A stretch of DNA of 37,545 nt. Source: Candidatus Peregrinibacteria bacterium (GTDB taxonomy: Bacteria > Patescibacteriota > Gracilibacteria > UBA1369 > LOWO2-01-FULL-3). The notes beneath the pieces are model-generated. The model had not been told where the DNA came from. It did not search any database and saw only the letters and a list, made by a program, of their open reading frames with translations. Positions 1 to 10,200 of the stretch are shown piece by piece. The stretch's first letter is position 1, and each line of letters starts with the position of its first letter. The stretch covers positions 1 through 37,545 of the forward strand of contig SLNK01000009.1 of NCBI GenBank assembly GCA_007133095.1, given 5' to 3'. Made by a program: the position numbers and the translations under genes.

Positions 1-752
1 AAGGCTACGGTCTCAATAGAATTTTCGAACTTACCAAAAAAGCCGGCTACGATGGCATAGACTTAAGCGTGAATTACGGTTTATACGACACTTTCAACGC
101 AGATTACGTAAAAAGATTGACTGAAGAGTACGATCTGCCGGTAAAAGCGGTTTCCGCACCGAAACAGATTGCAATAAAAAGAGTTCAGGAACTTGTGGAC
201 ATAACAAAAAAAGTCGGCGCGAAAGTCCTTATACTTCAACCTCCGAAAATAACAAACTTCAAACTGACAAGCTGGTATAAAAAAGAAATTCCAAAACTAA
301 GAGAAAAAGAATTTCTGTCCATAGCCTTGGAAAATGCGCCCGCCGGAACTTTTTTGGGATTCATCCCCGAACACTCCCTGGGAAGTACAACGGAAATGAG
401 AAGTTTTAAACACATATCGCTTGATACGGCAAGAATTGGAGAGCAAAGAAAAGATTTGATAAGAGCCTACACCGCATTCAAAAAATGTTTGGTACATATT
501 CACCTTTCAAACTTTTATAAAGGTAAAAAATACGCGCCTCCGCAGGAAGGGATTTTGCCGTTGGAAAGCTTTTTGACAAAACTGAAACAAGACAAATATC
601 CGGGTGCGATTTCAATAAAAATTCTCCCCAAATATCTTCACGCGGGAGAAGATGACAAAGTCATAGAAGAGCTGGAAAGAGCCAAAAAATATTTTGATAA
701 GTACTACACGAACGTACAAGTCGGGAAAGAAGAGGAAAACGAAGAAAAATAG
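1..752 (+). CDS. Sugar phosphate isomerase/epimerase-like (xylose-isomerase-like TIM barrel) family protein, 5' partial
   Basis: Frame 3 is open from the window edge (GYGLNRIFELTKKAGYDGIDLS... precedes the GTG at 69), so the N-terminus lies outside the window. Motifs AGYDGIDL, LENAP, LDTARI and HIHLSN resemble the AP_endonuc_2 / xylose isomerase-like TIM-barrel family. Assignment rests on motif recall only. Confidence 0.6.
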   Translation, partial: GYGLNRIFELTKKAGYDGIDLSVNYGLYDTFNADYVKRLTEEYDLPVKAVSAPKQIAIKRVQELVDITKKVGAKVLILQPPKITNFKLTSWYKKEIPKLREKEFLSIALENAPAGTFLGFIPEHSLGSTTEMRSFKHISLDTARIGEQRKDLIRAYTAFKKCLVHIHLSNFYKGKKYAPPQEGILPLESFLTKLKQDKYPGAISIKILPKYLHAGEDDKVIEELERAKKYFDKYYTNVQVGKEEENEEK

Positions 753-771
753 AGGCCCCACTTTGAAAATG

Positions 772-780
772 TGCTACAAT
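772..780 (+). promoter_or_regulatory. Candidate extended -10 promoter (TGcTACAAT) for the ABC operon
   Basis: TG at 772-773, one spacer nucleotide, TACAAT at 775-780. It ends 8 nt before the ATG at 789, so the transcript would be leaderless or nearly so. No convincing -35. Confidence 0.3.
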
Positions 781-788
781 CCCCCCCG

Positions 789-1457
789 ATGATTGAAACA
801 CAAAATCTTTCGCGTAAATTCGTTTCCGGGAAAACAGCGCTGGACGCCCTCATCGATATAAATCTCAAAGTGGAAGAAGGCGAACTGGTGGCGCTTGTCG
901 GGCCGTCGGGGTCCGGAAAATCAACTCTCCTCAATCTGATAGGAGGATTAGACTATCCAACCGAAGGATCAATCTTCATAAATAAAAAAGATATAAGCCT
1001 CTATAGAGATAAAGAACTTTCGGCATACAGAAATTCAAAGGTGGGATTTATCTTCCAGGAATTCAATCTTGAACCTTTTCTGACAGTCAAAAAAAATATA
1101 TTACTCCCCTCCTATTTTTCACAGAATGGAAAAAATAGAGGAGAAATGGAAAAAGAAGCCGATAAACTGATAGAAGAAGTGGAACTCTCCGCAAAAAAAC
1201 ACAACAAAGTATATGAACTGTCGGGCGGCCAGAAGCAAAGAACGGCAATAGCGAGAGCATTCATAAACAGACCAAAAATAGTTCTCGCGGATGAACCAAC
1301 GGGAAATCTGGACCTTAAAACGGGGAACACAATAATAGAACTGCTTAAAGAATCCCATTCAAAACACAAAACCACGATGATAATAGCAACCCACGACGAA
1401 AACATAGCAAAAGCGGCAAACAGGATAATAAAAATTAAAGACGGCAAAATATGCTGA
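789..1457 (+). CDS. ABC transporter ATP-binding protein (MacB/LolD/FtsE-like)
   Basis: Walker A GPSGSGKST, signature LSGGQKQR, Walker B VLADEPTGNLD and H-loop ATHD. I prefer the ATG at 789 (MIETQNLSRKF, a typical ABC N-terminus) over the GTG at 771 used by the ORF track. The stop overlaps the permease start. Confidence 0.9.
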   Translation: MIETQNLSRKFVSGKTALDALIDINLKVEEGELVALVGPSGSGKSTLLNLIGGLDYPTEGSIFINKKDISLYRDKELSAYRNSKVGFIFQEFNLEPFLTVKKNILLPSYFSQNGKNRGEMEKEADKLIEEVELSAKKHNKVYELSGGQKQRTAIARAFINRPKIVLADEPTGNLDLKTGNTIIELLKESHSKHKTTMIIATHDENIAKAANRIIKIKDGKIC

Positions 1458-2722
1458 TAAATTTTGCGCTACACAAACTCGGAAGAAGAAAATCAAGAAA
1501 CCTGCTAGCGGTTATAAGCATCGCAATAGGGATAGGATCCTTATTGGTTTTTATGGGGCTGAACAAAGGGATAAAAACAGCGACTTTCCAAGAAATGGAA
1601 AGAAGAAATCCTCTGACTCAAATAACGGTAAGGGCTCCGGCTGAAGAAACGGGAATAATTCCCTTTTTTACAAGAACGGGTGAAGGCAGAATTCAACAAC
1701 ATCACATAGATAAAATTTTATCTATAAGAGGAGTGAAAAATGTATATCCGGAAACTCAATTCAACAATTTCGCTTCGATTGAAATAAGAATTTTTGGCCA
1801 AACGCTTATCACGGACGCGATGGTTTTTGGCGTTCCCAAAGGATTCATAGAAGACGATATAAAAAATCCCGATTTGTGGGACAGCAGAGAAGAACCTTAT
1901 CCCGCGGTTGTGCCTCGTCAATTGTTGAACATTTACAACCTGACCGTCGCGGGACCACAAAATCTGCCAACACTCTCGGAAGAAGCGCTAATCGGACGAA
2001 CAATTATTCTACATCCAAACTACTCAACCTTTTTCCCGGTAAAAACCGCTTCATTGGAAGAAGTGGAATTGGAGATTGTGGGATTTTCGGACAGAGTAAA
2101 CTTGATAGGAGCAACTATCCCCTTTGAGATAGTGGAAAACCTTAACAGATCATACACGGAAAGTCCGGAAAGCCGGATCCTTGAGCTGTTTGTGGAAACC
2201 CAGGACGCGACGCAGACTGTAGCGGTCGCGGAGAAAATAGAAGATCTGGGGTTTGAAACATTCTACTTTCAAAAAAACGTAAAAGATGTTGAGGCCAGAC
2301 TGGACTACCTAAGAAATTCACTTGGCGCAATAAGCATAATAATCATGGCGATGGCGGCAATCGCCATAATGAGCACTTTTTTGGCGACCATTTCCGAAAG
2401 AGCAAAGGAAATCGGGTTATTCAGAAGTTTAGGAGCAACAAAGGGACACATCAAAAAACTTATACTCACGGAAGCGGGCATCATGGGAATAACCGGAAGC
2501 TTACTGGGAATTGTTCTTGGTATAATCGCTGGCACCGTAATAAACAAAATGGGAATAGAAGAATTGGACTACACAACTTTGGACTCCACAAAACTGGTCT
2601 TGTTCGATTACAAAATAATAATCTACTCAATAATATTCGGTATCCTTTTAAGCCTGGTTTCAGCCTACATCCCGGCAAGAAAAGCCTCCTCAACAGCCCC
2701 GATAGAAGCCTTGAACAGATGA
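1451..2722 (+). CDS. ABC transporter permease, FtsX/MacB-type
   Basis: N-terminal TM helix, a large extracytoplasmic domain, then a C-terminal FtsX-like bundle of 3 TM helices (MSTFLATISERAKEIGLFRSLGATKGHI...). The start overlaps the ATPase gene stop (ATGCTGA), suggesting translational coupling. Confidence 0.85.
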   Translation: MLINFALHKLGRRKSRNLLAVISIAIGIGSLLVFMGLNKGIKTATFQEMERRNPLTQITVRAPAEETGIIPFFTRTGEGRIQQHHIDKILSIRGVKNVYPETQFNNFASIEIRIFGQTLITDAMVFGVPKGFIEDDIKNPDLWDSREEPYPAVVPRQLLNIYNLTVAGPQNLPTLSEEALIGRTIILHPNYSTFFPVKTASLEEVELEIVGFSDRVNLIGATIPFEIVENLNRSYTESPESRILELFVETQDATQTVAVAEKIEDLGFETFYFQKNVKDVEARLDYLRNSLGAISIIIMAMAAIAIMSTFLATISERAKEIGLFRSLGATKGHIKKLILTEAGIMGITGSLLGIVLGIIAGTVINKMGIEELDYTTLDSTKLVLFDYKIIIYSIIFGILLSLVSAYIPARKASSTAPIEALNR

Positions 2723-2737
2723 TTTTTATAGTGTGTA

Positions 2738-2891
2738 GGCGTGGGGAGTAAGTTGCATCCCCGAGAGGCGTCTTAAAAGGAAGCAGAGCCGTTCACACGT
2801 GAACGGCGTCCCCTGCAAGCTTTCGCCGAAGGCGAGAGTTGAAAGGGAGCTGCGCTCCCGCCTTTCGGGGATGCAACTTACTCCCCACGCC
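2738..2891. repeat. Palindromic GC-rich element A: 33-bp inverted repeat enclosing an 88-nt three-hairpin core
   Basis: - Arms: 2738-2770 pair with 2859-2891. The outer 27 bp are perfect (GGCGTGGGGAGTAAGTTGCATCCCCGA / TCGGGGATGCAACTTACTCCCCACGCC), followed by 6 more pairs including one G-T.
- Core hairpins: 2788-2807 (GCCGTTCA-CACG-TGAACGGC), 2820-2838 (CTTTCGCC-GAA-GGCGAGAG) and 2845-2859 (GGGAGC-TGC-GCTCCC).
- Position: the intergenic gap between the ABC permease stop and the rpoB promoter. Confidence 0.85.
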
Positions 2892-2956
2892 CATCCTACT
2901 AAAGGATCGGTTCGCAATATTCCCCCTCCTGTGTCAAGCTGAAATAGGCAAAACCT

Positions 2957-2984
2957 TTGACTACTCAAAAAATATACATACAAT
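2957..2984 (+). promoter_or_regulatory. Candidate sigma70-type promoter for rpoB
   Basis: TTGACT (2957-2962), 16-nt spacer, TACAAT (2979-2984). This would give a leader of ~70 nt before the rpoB ATG at 3064. Confidence 0.5.
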
Positions 2985-3063
2985 GCAAAAGCTATCAAAG
3001 ATTTTACGGGAGAGTTAAGGAAACGATAGTGACCTAAAAAATATTCCTTGACAGTCTTTCACC

Positions 3064-6000
3064 ATGCCAAAAACGAAAAAACCTTCCGCAAAAACTTCCA
3101 AACCAAAAACAAAGAAAGACATCGTAAAATCATCGGAGCTGGACATAAACAAAGAGCCGATAAAGCTAAAAAGCAATCGCAGGTATTTTAAGGAAACGCT
3201 TGATCAAAAAGTTCCTCTTCCGAATCTGATAGAAATCCAGGTTGATTCTTACAAATGGTTCATTGAAGAAGGAGTTAGAGATTTATTGGACGAAATATCT
3301 CCCATACAGGATTTTTCCGGCAAAAAACTTGAACTTAAGTTTCTAAAACACAGCATAGGCGAAGTTAAATACGATGCGGAAATCGCAAAGAACAAGAACC
3401 TTACATATGAAGCTCCATTAAAAGTACATGTTCAGTTAATCAATAAGGAAACGGGAGAAATCAAGGAACAAGACGTATTTTTGGGAAACATTCCCCTTAT
3501 GACAAATCGCGGGACATTCATAGTAAACGGAATAGAAAGAGTCGTGGTCAGTCAAATAGTAAGATCTCCGGGAGTTTTCTTTTCTTCCTCACCCGCGGCT
3601 CCGGACATGTATGCGGCAAAAATAATTCCAAAAAGAGGAGCATGGCTTGAAATAGAAACCGATAAAAAAGGAATTATAAGCGTAAAGATAGACAGAAAAC
3701 GAAAAATCCCAATAACATCGCTACTCCGAGTTTTCGGCTTTGAAACCGACAAAGAAATTTTGGATATATGCAAAAATGTGACTTTGGACATAGAGCATGA
3801 CTACATAATGAACACCCTGGAAAAAGATCCGGCAAAAACAGTGGAAGACGCATACCAGAGCATATACAAAAAAATTCGTCCGGGTGATCTAGCAACCCCT
3901 GAAAACGCGAAAGCTCTAATAAAATCAATGTTCTTTGATTATAGAAAATATGACATGGGCCCGGTGGCCAGATACAAGTTGAATAAACGATTTGATTTGG
4001 ACACCCCTAACACAAAAAAATATCATACATTCCAAGTAAATGATTTGATAAAAATTCTGGAACACTTAATCAGGCTCAACAACAAAGAACTCAAGCCCGA
4101 TGATATAGACCACCTGTCAAACAGAAGAATAAGAGCGGTTGGAGAACTGGTTCAAAATAAATTCCGGGTAGGCCTTTTGCGCACTGATCGAATAGCAAAA
4201 GACCGCATGACTGTAATGGATCTTGAAACGGTTACCCCAACTCAATTAATAAATTCACGCCCGATAACCGCGGCGCTCAGAGAATTCTTCGCAAGTTCAC
4301 AGCTCTCACAATTCATGGATCAAACAAATCCGCTTGCGGAGCTTGAACATAAGAGAAGACTTTCGGCAATGGGTCCAGGAGGACTTTCCAGAGAACGCGC
4401 TTCCTTCGACGTCCGTGACGTACACTCTTCGCACTACGGAAGAATTTGTCCCATCGCCACACCGGAAGGGCCGAACATCGGACTGGTCGTACATCTGGCG
4501 GCATACGCAAAGATAAACAAATACGGATTTATAGAAACTCCTTTCAGGGAAATCTCGGACGTTATCAAAAACGAAGAAAAGAAACTAATTGGAAGAATTG
4601 CCAGAGAAACAATAGAAGATAAAGGCAAAGTTCTGGTCAAAGCGGGCCAAAAAATAGACGAAGCCTCCGCCAAAAAAATTGCCAAACTCAAAGTGGATGA
4701 AATAAAAGTCAGACCGTACCTCACAGACAAAATAGAGTATTTCGACGCGGAAGAAGAGAAAAAACTGATAATAGCACAGGCTAACTCTGAAATTGATGAA
4801 CTGGGCCAGTTTACAAACACTCGTCTTTCAGCGCGAAGAGAAGAAGAAGCGACTTTTGCGCACGCAAATGATGTTACACACATCGATGTTTCTCCAAAAC
4901 AGATAATATCAATCACAACAGCATTAATCCCATTCCTTGAACACGACGACAACACAAGAGCATCGATGGGATCAAACATGCAACGTCAAGCCGTTTCACT
5001 GATATCCCCGGACGCACCAATAGTTGGAACCGGAATGGAAGAGCTGGCGGCAAAAAGTTCCGGCCAAGTGGTAACCGCGGAAAGAGATGGAACGGTTTCA
5101 TATGTGGACGCACAAAATGTAACAGTTGTTTACGATAATGGCCGCAAAGTAACATATCAACTTCAAACATACGAAAGATCCAATCAAGGAACATGTATCC
5201 ATCAAAGAGCAATGGTATCGAAAGGTCAAAAAATTAAGAAAGGAGATGTTCTGGCGGACGGGCCGGCAACGGAAAACGGAGAACTCGCCCTCGGAAAGAA
5301 TCTTATAGTCGCCTACATGTCATGGGAAGGCTATAACTTTGAGGATGCCGTGATCATATCCGACAGAGTAGCCAAAAGGGGATACTATGATTCTGTTCAT
5401 ATAGAAAGTTACATAACAGATGTCCGTGAAACAAAGCTGGGCCCGGAAGTAATAACCAGGGATATCCCGAATGTGGGAGAAACAAAATTGAAAGATTTGG
5501 ATGAAGACGGAATAGTCAGAATAGGAGCAACGGTGCAAGAAGGCGATATCTTGGTGGGAAAAATAACACCGAAAGGAGAAACAGAACTGACCGCGGAAGA
5601 AAGACTTCTAAGAGCCATATTCGGAGATAAAGCCAGAGACGTTAAAGACACATCTCTGAGACTTCCCGGAGGAGAAGGCGGGAAAGTCGTCGGCGTCCAA
5701 ATATTTACAAAAGAAGCGGGCGATGAACTCACAACCGGCGTACTTAAACAGATAAAAGTAAACGTCGCGCAGACCAGAAAAATCCAGATAGGAGACAAAA
5801 TGGCGGGACGACACGGAAACAAAGGTGTCATCTCAATAATAGTCCCCGAAGAGGACATGCCGTTCTTGCCGGATGGCAGGCCTGTTGACATCATCTTAAA
5901 TCCGCTTGGAGTATCAAGTCGTATGAACATCGGTCAAATTTTGGAAACACATCTTGGATGGGCGGCTCAAGAACTAGGGTATACTGTAGCGACACCTCCT

Positions 6001-6654
6001 CTAAACGGAATTTCAACCGACGAAATAACGGAAGAGCTCATAAAAGCAAAACTTCCGGAAACCGGGAAAATAACCTTGTACGACGGGAAAACCGGCGAAG
6101 CCTTCGATAGAGAAGTGACTGTGGGAATAGCATATATGCTCAAACTGAACCATTTGATAGAAGATAAAATCCATGCCCGTTCAGTAGGGCCTTACTCACT
6201 GGTAACTCAACAGCCTTTGGGAGGAAAAGCCCAGCACGGAGGACAAAGATTCGGAGAGATGGAGGTGTGGGCGCTTGAAGCGTATGGGGCGGCACACACT
6301 CTGCAAGAAATGCTTACAATAAAATCAGATGATGTGTATGGAAGATCAAAGGCATACGAATCAATAGTTAAAGGCGAACAGATAAGGAAGCCGCGCGTTC
6401 CCGAATCGTTCAACGTCCTAACTAAAGAGCTCCAAAGTCTCGGCCTCTCCGTAAAACTTATAGATACCGGTAAAGAAGCCGAAGAAGCTCCGCCGGAAGA
6501 ATTTCTAAGCGAAACTGCAGAAGACAGAGAAGAAATAACTCCAAGCATAAAAGAAGAACTGGAGGAGGAAAGTGAAGGAACCTCAAGGGAAGAAGGAAAT
6601 TTGGAAGGCCTAACGGAACAAGATCTAAAAGAAGGAACAACCGAAACTCCGTAA
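3064..6654 (+). CDS. rpoB: DNA-directed RNA polymerase subunit beta
   Basis: 1196 aa with hallmark beta-subunit segments ([61 protein letters not shown]). Carries a Lys-rich N-terminal extension and an acidic C-terminal tail. Confidence 0.98.
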   Translation: MPKTKKPSAKTSKPKTKKDIVKSSELDINKEPIKLKSNRRYFKETLDQKVPLPNLIEIQVDSYKWFIEEGVRDLLDEISPIQDFSGKKLELKFLKHSIGEVKYDAEIAKNKNLTYEAPLKVHVQLINKETGEIKEQDVFLGNIPLMTNRGTFIVNGIERVVVSQIVRSPGVFFSSSPAAPDMYAAKIIPKRGAWLEIETDKKGIISVKIDRKRKIPITSLLRVFGFETDKEILDICKNVTLDIEHDYIMNTLEKDPAKTVEDAYQSIYKKIRPGDLATPENAKALIKSMFFDYRKYDMGPVARYKLNKRFDLDTPNTKKYHTFQVNDLIKILEHLIRLNNKELKPDDIDHLSNRRIRAVGELVQNKFRVGLLRTDRIAKDRMTVMDLETVTPTQLINSRPITAALREFFASSQLSQFMDQTNPLAELEHKRRLSAMGPGGLSRERASFDVRDVHSSHYGRICPIATPEGPNIGLVVHLAAYAKINKYGFIETPFREISDVIKNEEKKLIGRIARETIEDKGKVLVKAGQKIDEASAKKIAKLKVDEIKVRPYLTDKIEYFDAEEEKKLIIAQANSEIDELGQFTNTRLSARREEEATFAHANDVTHIDVSPKQIISITTALIPFLEHDDNTRASMGSNMQRQAVSLISPDAPIVGTGMEELAAKSSGQVVTAERDGTVSYVDAQNVTVVYDNGRKVTYQLQTYERSNQGTCIHQRAMVSKGQKIKKGDVLADGPATENGELALGKNLIVAYMSWEGYNFEDAVIISDRVAKRGYYDSVHIESYITDVRETKLGPEVITRDIPNVGETKLKDLDEDGIVRIGATVQEGDILVGKITPKGETELTAEERLLRAIFGDKARDVKDTSLRLPGGEGGKVVGVQIFTKEAGDELTTGVLKQIKVNVAQTRKIQIGDKMAGRHGNKGVISIIVPEEDMPFLPDGRPVDIILNPLGVSSRMNIGQILETHLGWAAQELGYTVATPPLNGISTDEITEELIKAKLPETGKITLYDGKTGEAFDREVTVGIAYMLKLNHLIEDKIHARSVGPYSLVTQQPLGGKAQHGGQRFGEMEVWALEAYGAAHTLQEMLTIKSDDVYGRSKAYESIVKGEQIRKPRVPESFNVLTKELQSLGLSVKLIDTGKEAEEAPPEEFLSETAEDREEITPSIKEELEEESEGTSREEGNLEGLTEQDLKEGTTETP

Positions 6655-6696
6655 AACAATAATTCTGTAATTATTTAATATTTAAACCCAAAAATC

Positions 6697-7188
6697 ATGA
6701 GAAGCGTAAACAAAGTAATTTTGGTCGGAAATCTCACAAGAGATCCTGAAATGAGACAAACTCCCAACGGGCAAAACGTGACTACATTCGGAGTTGCAAC
6801 AAATCGTGAATGGACAACAAAAGAAAGTGAAAAAAAGACCTCTGCGGAATTTCACGAATGTGTGGCATGGGCGAAACTTGCGGAGATTTGCGATCAATAC
6901 CTTACAAAAGGACAATTGGTTTATGTTGAAGGATACCTAAAAACTCGCAGCTGGGACACTCCCGAAGGAGTAAAAAAATTCAAGACAGAAATCGTTGTAA
7001 AAGACATGATAAGACTTGAAAAAAGGCCCGGAGGAGAACAAGAAGATGCCTACGTTCCGGAAGATGAATATGTGGAAGACAACTACGATAGTGAATCATC
7101 AACCCCGAAAGAAGAACAACCGAAAGAAGAAAAACCCGAAGAAGAAGATAAAAAAGAGAATCCAATAGATAGAGACTTGGGCCTATAA
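6697..7188 (+). CDS. ssb: Single-stranded DNA-binding protein
   Basis: OB-fold N-terminus VNKVILVGNLTRDPEMRQTPNGQNVTTFGVATNREW...FHECVAWAKLAE is typical of bacterial SSB. The acidic, Pro/Glu-rich C-terminal tail ends in DRDLGL. Confidence 0.9.
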   Translation: MRSVNKVILVGNLTRDPEMRQTPNGQNVTTFGVATNREWTTKESEKKTSAEFHECVAWAKLAEICDQYLTKGQLVYVEGYLKTRSWDTPEGVKKFKTEIVVKDMIRLEKRPGGEQEDAYVPEDEYVEDNYDSESSTPKEEQPKEEKPEEEDKKENPIDRDLGL

Positions 7189-7214
7189 GAATCCACCCCT
7201 AACCACAATCAAAC

Positions 7215-10200
7215 ATGCCTTACGAAGACCCCAAAAACATCAAAAAAGATAAATTCGACGCAATCAGTCTGTCCGTAGCTTCCCCGGAAGAAATTCTGTC
7301 TTGGTCGCACGGAGAAGTCAAAAAGCCGGAGACGATAAATTACAGGACTCAAAAACCTGAAAGAGAAGGTTTGTTCTGCGAAAAAATATTCGGTCCCACA
7401 AAAAACTGGGAATGTTACTGCGGAAAATACAAAAGGGTCAGATACAGAGGCGTAATATGTGAAAAATGTGGAGTGGAGGTCACCCGTTCTTCAGTAAGAA
7501 GAGAAAGGATGGCTCACATAAAATTGGCGGTACCGGTAACCCACATTTGGTTTTTGCGTTCAACGCCAAGCCGAATCGGCCTACTTTTGGATCTGCCTAT
7601 AAAAACTTTGGAGCAAGTGGTTTACTTTGCGGCATACATAATTTCAGAGGTTGACGAGAGCGAAAAAGAAAAGACTATTCAACAAATTCAGGAAGAATAC
7701 AGAATTCACAAGAAAAAAATCAAAGAAGAGTTTAAGCAGAAATCTTTGGAAGTTGAACAAATAGCAGATGACAAAATGCGAAAGAAAGCGATGCTCAGCG
7801 TTGAAAGCGAATTCGGAAGAAAAATTGAAGAACTGGATTTTCAACATTCCGACACAAAAGAGTCTTTGGAAAAACTCGCAATAGGAAAAGTTTATTCGGA
7901 AGTTGAATATCGCAGTATGTCAATGAAATTCGGACACACCTTCAAAGCGGGGACCGGTGCGGAAACAATCAGAGAAATAATCTCCAAAATAGACCTAAAA
8001 AAATTGATAGAAAATTTGGAGAAAGAGACAAAAAGAAGCACAGGCCAAAAACAGAAAAAGATTATTAAGAGAATAAAATTGGCGGGCGGTCTTCTAAAAG
8101 CGGGAGTCAAGCCTGAATGGTTCATAATGACAACACTGCCTATAATCCCACCGGATTTAAGGCCAATGGTCCAACTGGACGGAGGCAGATTCGCGGCATC
8201 GGATTTGAATGATCTGTACAGAAGAGTAATAAACAGAAACAACCGTCTAAAAAGACTGATTTCAATCGGCGCCCCTGAAGTAATTTGCAGAAACGAAAAA
8301 AGAATGCTTCAGGAAGCGGTGGACACATTACTAAATAACAGCGCAAGGCAAGGGAAAACGGTATTCAGCTCCGGAGATAAGAGAAAATTACGATCTCTAT
8401 CGGACATGCTGAAAGGAAAGCAAGGTCGATTCAGACAAAATCTACTTGGGAAACGTGTAGATTATTCGGGAAGGTCTGTAATTATCATAGGACCAAAACT
8501 AAGACTCAATCAGTGCGGAATGCCAAAAATAATGGCATTGGAATTATTCAAACCGTTCATAATCGGCAGATTGATCCGCGATGGATTTGCTCACAATATT
8601 AAAAACGCAGAAAAGCTCATCCAAACGGGGAAAAAAGAAGTTTGGGACATTTTGGAAGAAATAACAAAAGACCACCATGTGCTGCTAAACCGCGCTCCGA
8701 CACTGCACAGACTGGGTATTCAGGCGTTCCAGCCCGTGCTCATAGAAGGTAAAGCGATCCAGGTTCATCCTTTGGTATGTGCGGCCTTTAACGCGGACTT
8801 CGACGGAGACCAAATGGCTGTCCACATTCCTTTATCAAAAGCAGCTCAAGAAGAAGCGAAAACTTTAATGCTGTCATCAAGAAATCTTCTAAAGCCTTCC
8901 GCCGGAGAACCCATAGTTAGCCCGACACAAGACATGATCCTGGGCTGCTACTACCTTACAAAAATGACAGAAGGCGCGAAAGGAGAAGGCTCTGCGTTTT
9001 CCGATATAGAAGAAGCCGTTCTGGCTTACCAAAACGGATTTGTAGACCTGCAAGCAAAAATAAGCTGCAGATATAAAGGAGAAATAATCGAAACAACCAT
9101 AGGAAGATTGATTGTAAACAGCTTCATACCTGAAGGACTCCCCTATTACAACGAAAGCTTGGGAAAAAAGAAACTCATGGAAATCGTATCAACAAGCTTT
9201 GAAATGTTGGGAACGGAGGAAACCGCAAGACTGGCGGACAACCTCAAAGATATAGGATTCAGATTTGCCACAAAATCGGGAATAAGCATAAGCCAATCTG
9301 ACATGCTGGTCCCTGAAGGAAAAGAAGATTTAATTGAAGAAGCGTCAGAAACAGTCAAACAAATAAACAATCACTACTGGAAAGGCTTGATAACGGAAAA
9401 CGAAAGATACCTTCACACGGTAAAAATCTGGTCCGGAACAAAAGCGGAGATAACAAATCAGATGATCAGCAACATCGATGAAAACAACAACATCCACTAC
9501 ATGATAAATTCCGGGGCCAGAGGAAACTGGGGACAAATAACTCAGCTTTGCGGAATGAAGGGAATGGTCGCAAATCCGGCCGGAAAAACCATCGAACTTC
9601 CTATAAAATCTAATCTTAAGGAGGGCTTTAAGATTTTGGAATACTTCATCGCCACGCACGGAGGAAGAAAAGGGAAATCGGATACCGCTCTTAAAACAGC
9701 GGAGGCGGGATACCTAACAAGAAGATTGGTAGACTCAAATCAGGACGTTGTAATCCGAGAATGTGACTGCGGATCAACACATTCACACAACATTTCAAGA
9801 GAAGATTCGGAAGAAATAGGAGAAAAATTCGAAAATCGAATTTACGGAAGAACATTGGCGGAAAATCTAAAAGACAAGAAGGGGAAAGTGTTGGGCAAAA
9901 AAGGAGAAATTATAGAAAAGGACACAATAAAACTGATTGAAGAAAACAACGTTAAAGACGTAGAAGTAAGATCGGTTATAACCTGTAACACACTGGGAGG
10001 AATCTGTGTACAATGCTACGGAAAAGATCTGGGAACAAACAAAAAAGTGGAAATAGGAACAGCAGTCGGGATAATAGCCGCTCAAAGTATAGGAGAGCCG
10101 GGAACACAGCTGACAATGAGAACCTTCCACATGGGAGGTGTTGCCGAAGGAGGAGACATAACGCAAGGTCTAACCCGTGTTGAAGAGCTCTTTGAAGCAA

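Noticed and set aside
2779-2786. GGAAGCAG inside element A resembles the conserved GGAAGCAGCC of SRP (4.5S) RNA domain IV, so I considered an ffs gene.
   Set aside because: - The preceding bases do not form the required stem with a GNRA tetraloop; they read UCUU-AAA-AGGA.
- The internal loops would be 1 nt against 6 nt instead of the symmetric loop.
- The overall fold is a multi-branch junction closed by a perfect 33-bp stem, not an SRP hairpin.
- By my rough estimate, an 8-mer match is about what chance would give in 75 kb of two-strand sequence.
2738-2891. Elements A and B as classical MITEs with target-site duplications, or as invertible promoter switches.
   Set aside because: - I see no direct repeats flanking either element (A: ...gtgta / catcc...; B: ...atttc / cagaa...).
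- The arms of A and B are unrelated in sequence.
- Neither core contains a -35/-10 pair, and no recombinase or transposase is in the window.

Mobility is not excluded, but these specific models lack support.
2726-2998. A 90-aa minus-strand ORF across element A, and a 66-aa minus-strand ORF (32690-32890) across element B.
   Set aside because: Both are read through palindromic GC-rich non-coding sequence. Neither resembles any protein family, neither has a start context, and the second overlaps the trmD start. They are artefacts of stop-poor GC-rich DNA.
4434-6659. Long minus-strand ORFs, including 4434-4979, 5409-5930 and 6207-6659, plus 24892-25347 and 35129-35653 elsewhere in the window.
   Set aside because: Each lies fully antisense to a well-supported plus-strand gene (rpoB, rpsE/rplO, the ATPase-like gene or rsmA). 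Their translations are low-complexity Ser/Phe/Leu-rich. Purine-rich sense strands deplete stop codons on the antisense strand.
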